64,000 nucleotides of DNA, taken from Oopsacas minuta (taxonomy: Eukaryota > Animalia > Porifera). The translations under genes were made by a program, and so were the position numbers. Positions within the stretch are counted from its first letter, which is position 1. Every line of letters begins with the position of its first letter. Below the pieces are notes generated by a model that was not told the origin of the DNA, made no database searches, and worked only from the letters and a program-made list of their open reading frames with translations. The DNA lies in NCBI GenBank assembly GCA_024704765.1, contig JAKMXF010000332.1:292018-356017 (forward strand), written 5' to 3'. Positions 61,879-64,000 of this stretch are shown here, piece by piece.

Positions 61879-63128
61879 TGAGGAGCACTCAATAAGTTTC
61901 GAGCCTGACTATGTTGCGAACACTCATACATAAGTAAACCATTACTTGTTTCGAATAAACATGGGATCAATATACTTCGCTCAAAATCTTGTAACATTAT
62001 CTTGTATACTTTTCAGATAGCAGTAGCTAAATTATCTATGGATTCCTTCGTTACCAAATCCTCAATACAGTTATCAAGGCGTCATATTCGTGCAATAACA
62101 GTTTTTCAGTTCCAACTTTAGAAATCAATAAAAGAATGTCACTAAATTTCTGTACAGCCTTTCCAAATAACAAGGTATCTGCGACAACAGTGAAAAGATG
62201 GTACAAAGAATTTAAGTATGGGAATTTTCATCTTGAAGACCAACCCCACCCTGGACACCCCTCGCTGTTACAGAGGGAATTGTTGAGTCAATTGAGGACA
62301 TGGTGATAGCAGACCCAAATGTTACATATTAGAGGATTCAACACGAAATTAGCATTTCATCCGGGGCAGTGCACACTGTTTTACACCAATCCCTTTAGCT
62401 ACGTAAACTTTGTGCCCGCTGGATCCCATATCAGCTTCATCCTGTGCAGAAGCAGAATCGAGTGAAATGGTGCCATGAAATGCTTCAAAAATTCAAAAAT
62501 GGCAACAGTAGAGATATTTCCAAGATAATAACTGGTGATGAAACATGGATCTATCACTATGATCCAGAAACAAAGCAGCGGAGCCGTCAATGGTGTGAAA
62601 TTGGAGCAAGTCCCACAACAAAGGTTCGCAGAACTCAATACACAAAGAAACTAATGTAGGCAATTATTTGGAATACAACGGGTGTTAAAACTGTTGTACC
62701 CCTTGAACCTGGTAAGACAATTAATTCAACCTGGTATCAGAGTTGCTTGCCTCTAGTCATAAAAGCAATAAATTTACAGCGTCCTGGCACAGGATTAAGG
62801 GGAAATTTTTTGCACGACGATAATGCCAGTTCTCATACATCAAAAATGACAAGACAATTCATTGAAGAATCAGGACTATATATGTTGCCACATCCTCCTT
62901 ATTCTCCAGATCTACCACCTGCGACTTCTGGCTCTTTCCTAGAATAAAAAATAGCTTAAAGGCAGAAATTTTTCATTGAATTCTGAACTTGAGGGGGCCC
63001 ACAGAGAAGTGATCGGAGACATTAACGAAAATGAATTTAAAGAAGCTATTCAAGCTTGGTTTAAACGAATGGACAAATGTATTCAAGCTAAGGGATGCTA
63101 TTTCGAAAAATTATAGTAAAATAAATAT
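61879..63128 (+). mobile_element. mariner (DD34D-type) element, 3' end interrupted
   Basis: 5' TIR TA|TGAGGAGCACTCAATAAGTTTCGAGCCT. Motifs RWIP, GDETWIYHYDPETKQRS, HDDNASSH and HPPYSPDL; stops and frameshifts. Confidence 0.88.
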
Positions 63129-63129
63129 A

Positions 63130-64000
63130 CAGTGGAACCTCGAGAACTGGGGCACGACCAGTAGCCTGAAAAAATGCCCCAGTTCGCGAGAGTCTTTAAA
63201 ATGTACCCACATTTCCAAACGCAACGCATAGGCGATAGATATACAGTTCACATTAAGCATTCACAGTTACAGTAATCACCAGTCAAGTTACTATCATTGT
63301 ACAGAATCGTTGAAGAACTCAGTGATGCTCGTCTGACGAAGCTCAGAGGCCATTCGGTCTGTGATTAGTTGGCTGTACCACTACAGGTCAATCTTGAGGT
63401 GATCTGGTATTTCGCCTTGTTCGTTCCTGAGCTTTTGATATCATCCTTCTGCTGCCGCTTCAACCTGCCGACGGTCCCTTTGCTAGTTCCAATCTCTTTG
63501 GCTATCGCTCGTTCGGCCAAGCCTTCCTCGGACAGTTTGAGGATCTTCGAACGCTGTTCGAGGTTAAGATGTGGTTTGGATGAAGACATACAGGAGATAT
63601 AGAATGACTAATAAAAAAATACCGGGGAGACGTCGAATGTGTGCATTATTCAGTTCATGTTACAAAATGAACATGAACTACGTGGTATAATGAAGATGAA
63701 TATTCATTTCTTGAAACAAACATGCGCAGTGCTCAAACCTTAGTTTAGAATTTGGAGAAAAATCGAAAAGATTGTGTTGAAAAATTGAGATGATGACAAC
63801 ACACACACATATACTCACATATAATCACACACTATCACAGAGAGAGAGAGAGAGAACATAGAAACAAAAAATGTTATCAAAACAAAGCGCCCCATTTCGC
63901 GAAATCGCGCTCCACTCCGCGAAGGTAATATGTTAGGAACGGAACCAAAATGTCAAAAATTTCGGGTCAACTGCCCCACTTCAGGAGGTGTCCCACTACG
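63130..64000 (-). mobile_element. internally deleted Tigger/pogo derivative retaining only the N-terminal HTH
   Basis: TA|CAGTGGAACCTCGAGAACTGGGGCAC terminus. ORF 63365-63589 (HLNLEQRSKILKLSEEG..RAIAKEIG.SKGTV) is an HTH_psq-like domain. The opposite TIR appears to begin at the window edge. Confidence 0.72.

Noticed and set aside
4208-63602. Numerous short ORFs antisense to transposase genes (e.g. 4462-4899, 11927-12109, 35206-35415, 44532-44780, 52703-53047, 55595-55819, 63369-63602)
   Set aside because: They are shadow frames of recognised coding sequences on the opposite strand, with no independent motifs.

Overview
AT-rich eukaryotic DNA, most likely from an invertebrate metazoan (inference; GC not computed), dominated by nested, mostly decayed transposons. 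Two host genes are supported. NPEPL1 (M17 aminopeptidase) has + strand exons 2115-2511 and 19933-20462 joined by a 17.4-kb GT-AG intron; its 5' exons were not found. RPL35A is an intact CDS at 52667-52999 (-). The NPEPL1 intron holds a nest whose order can be reconstructed. An outer Ginger-type element B (spliced Gypsy-like D35E integrase plus OTU protease) is interrupted by a Tigger/pogo element and a mariner. The mariner is itself interrupted by a complete Ginger-type element A (4813-9968; TGT..ACA TIRs; GGTC 4-bp TSD). Element A's integrase shares intron positions with B but carries a different, USP-like cysteine-protease module. Downstream are three Tc1-like DD37E elements, a maT DD37D element, a Chapaev element, Helitron and P-element remnants, a 5'-truncated Gypsy LTR element and two large hAT elements, one split by a Kolobok-like insertion with GC-rich coding-like cargo. 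There are also two diverged Transib/RAG1-core-like transposases, one with NBD-like and CTT-like segments. No CRISPR, rRNA or tRNA was recognised. All alignments and translations were done by eye.
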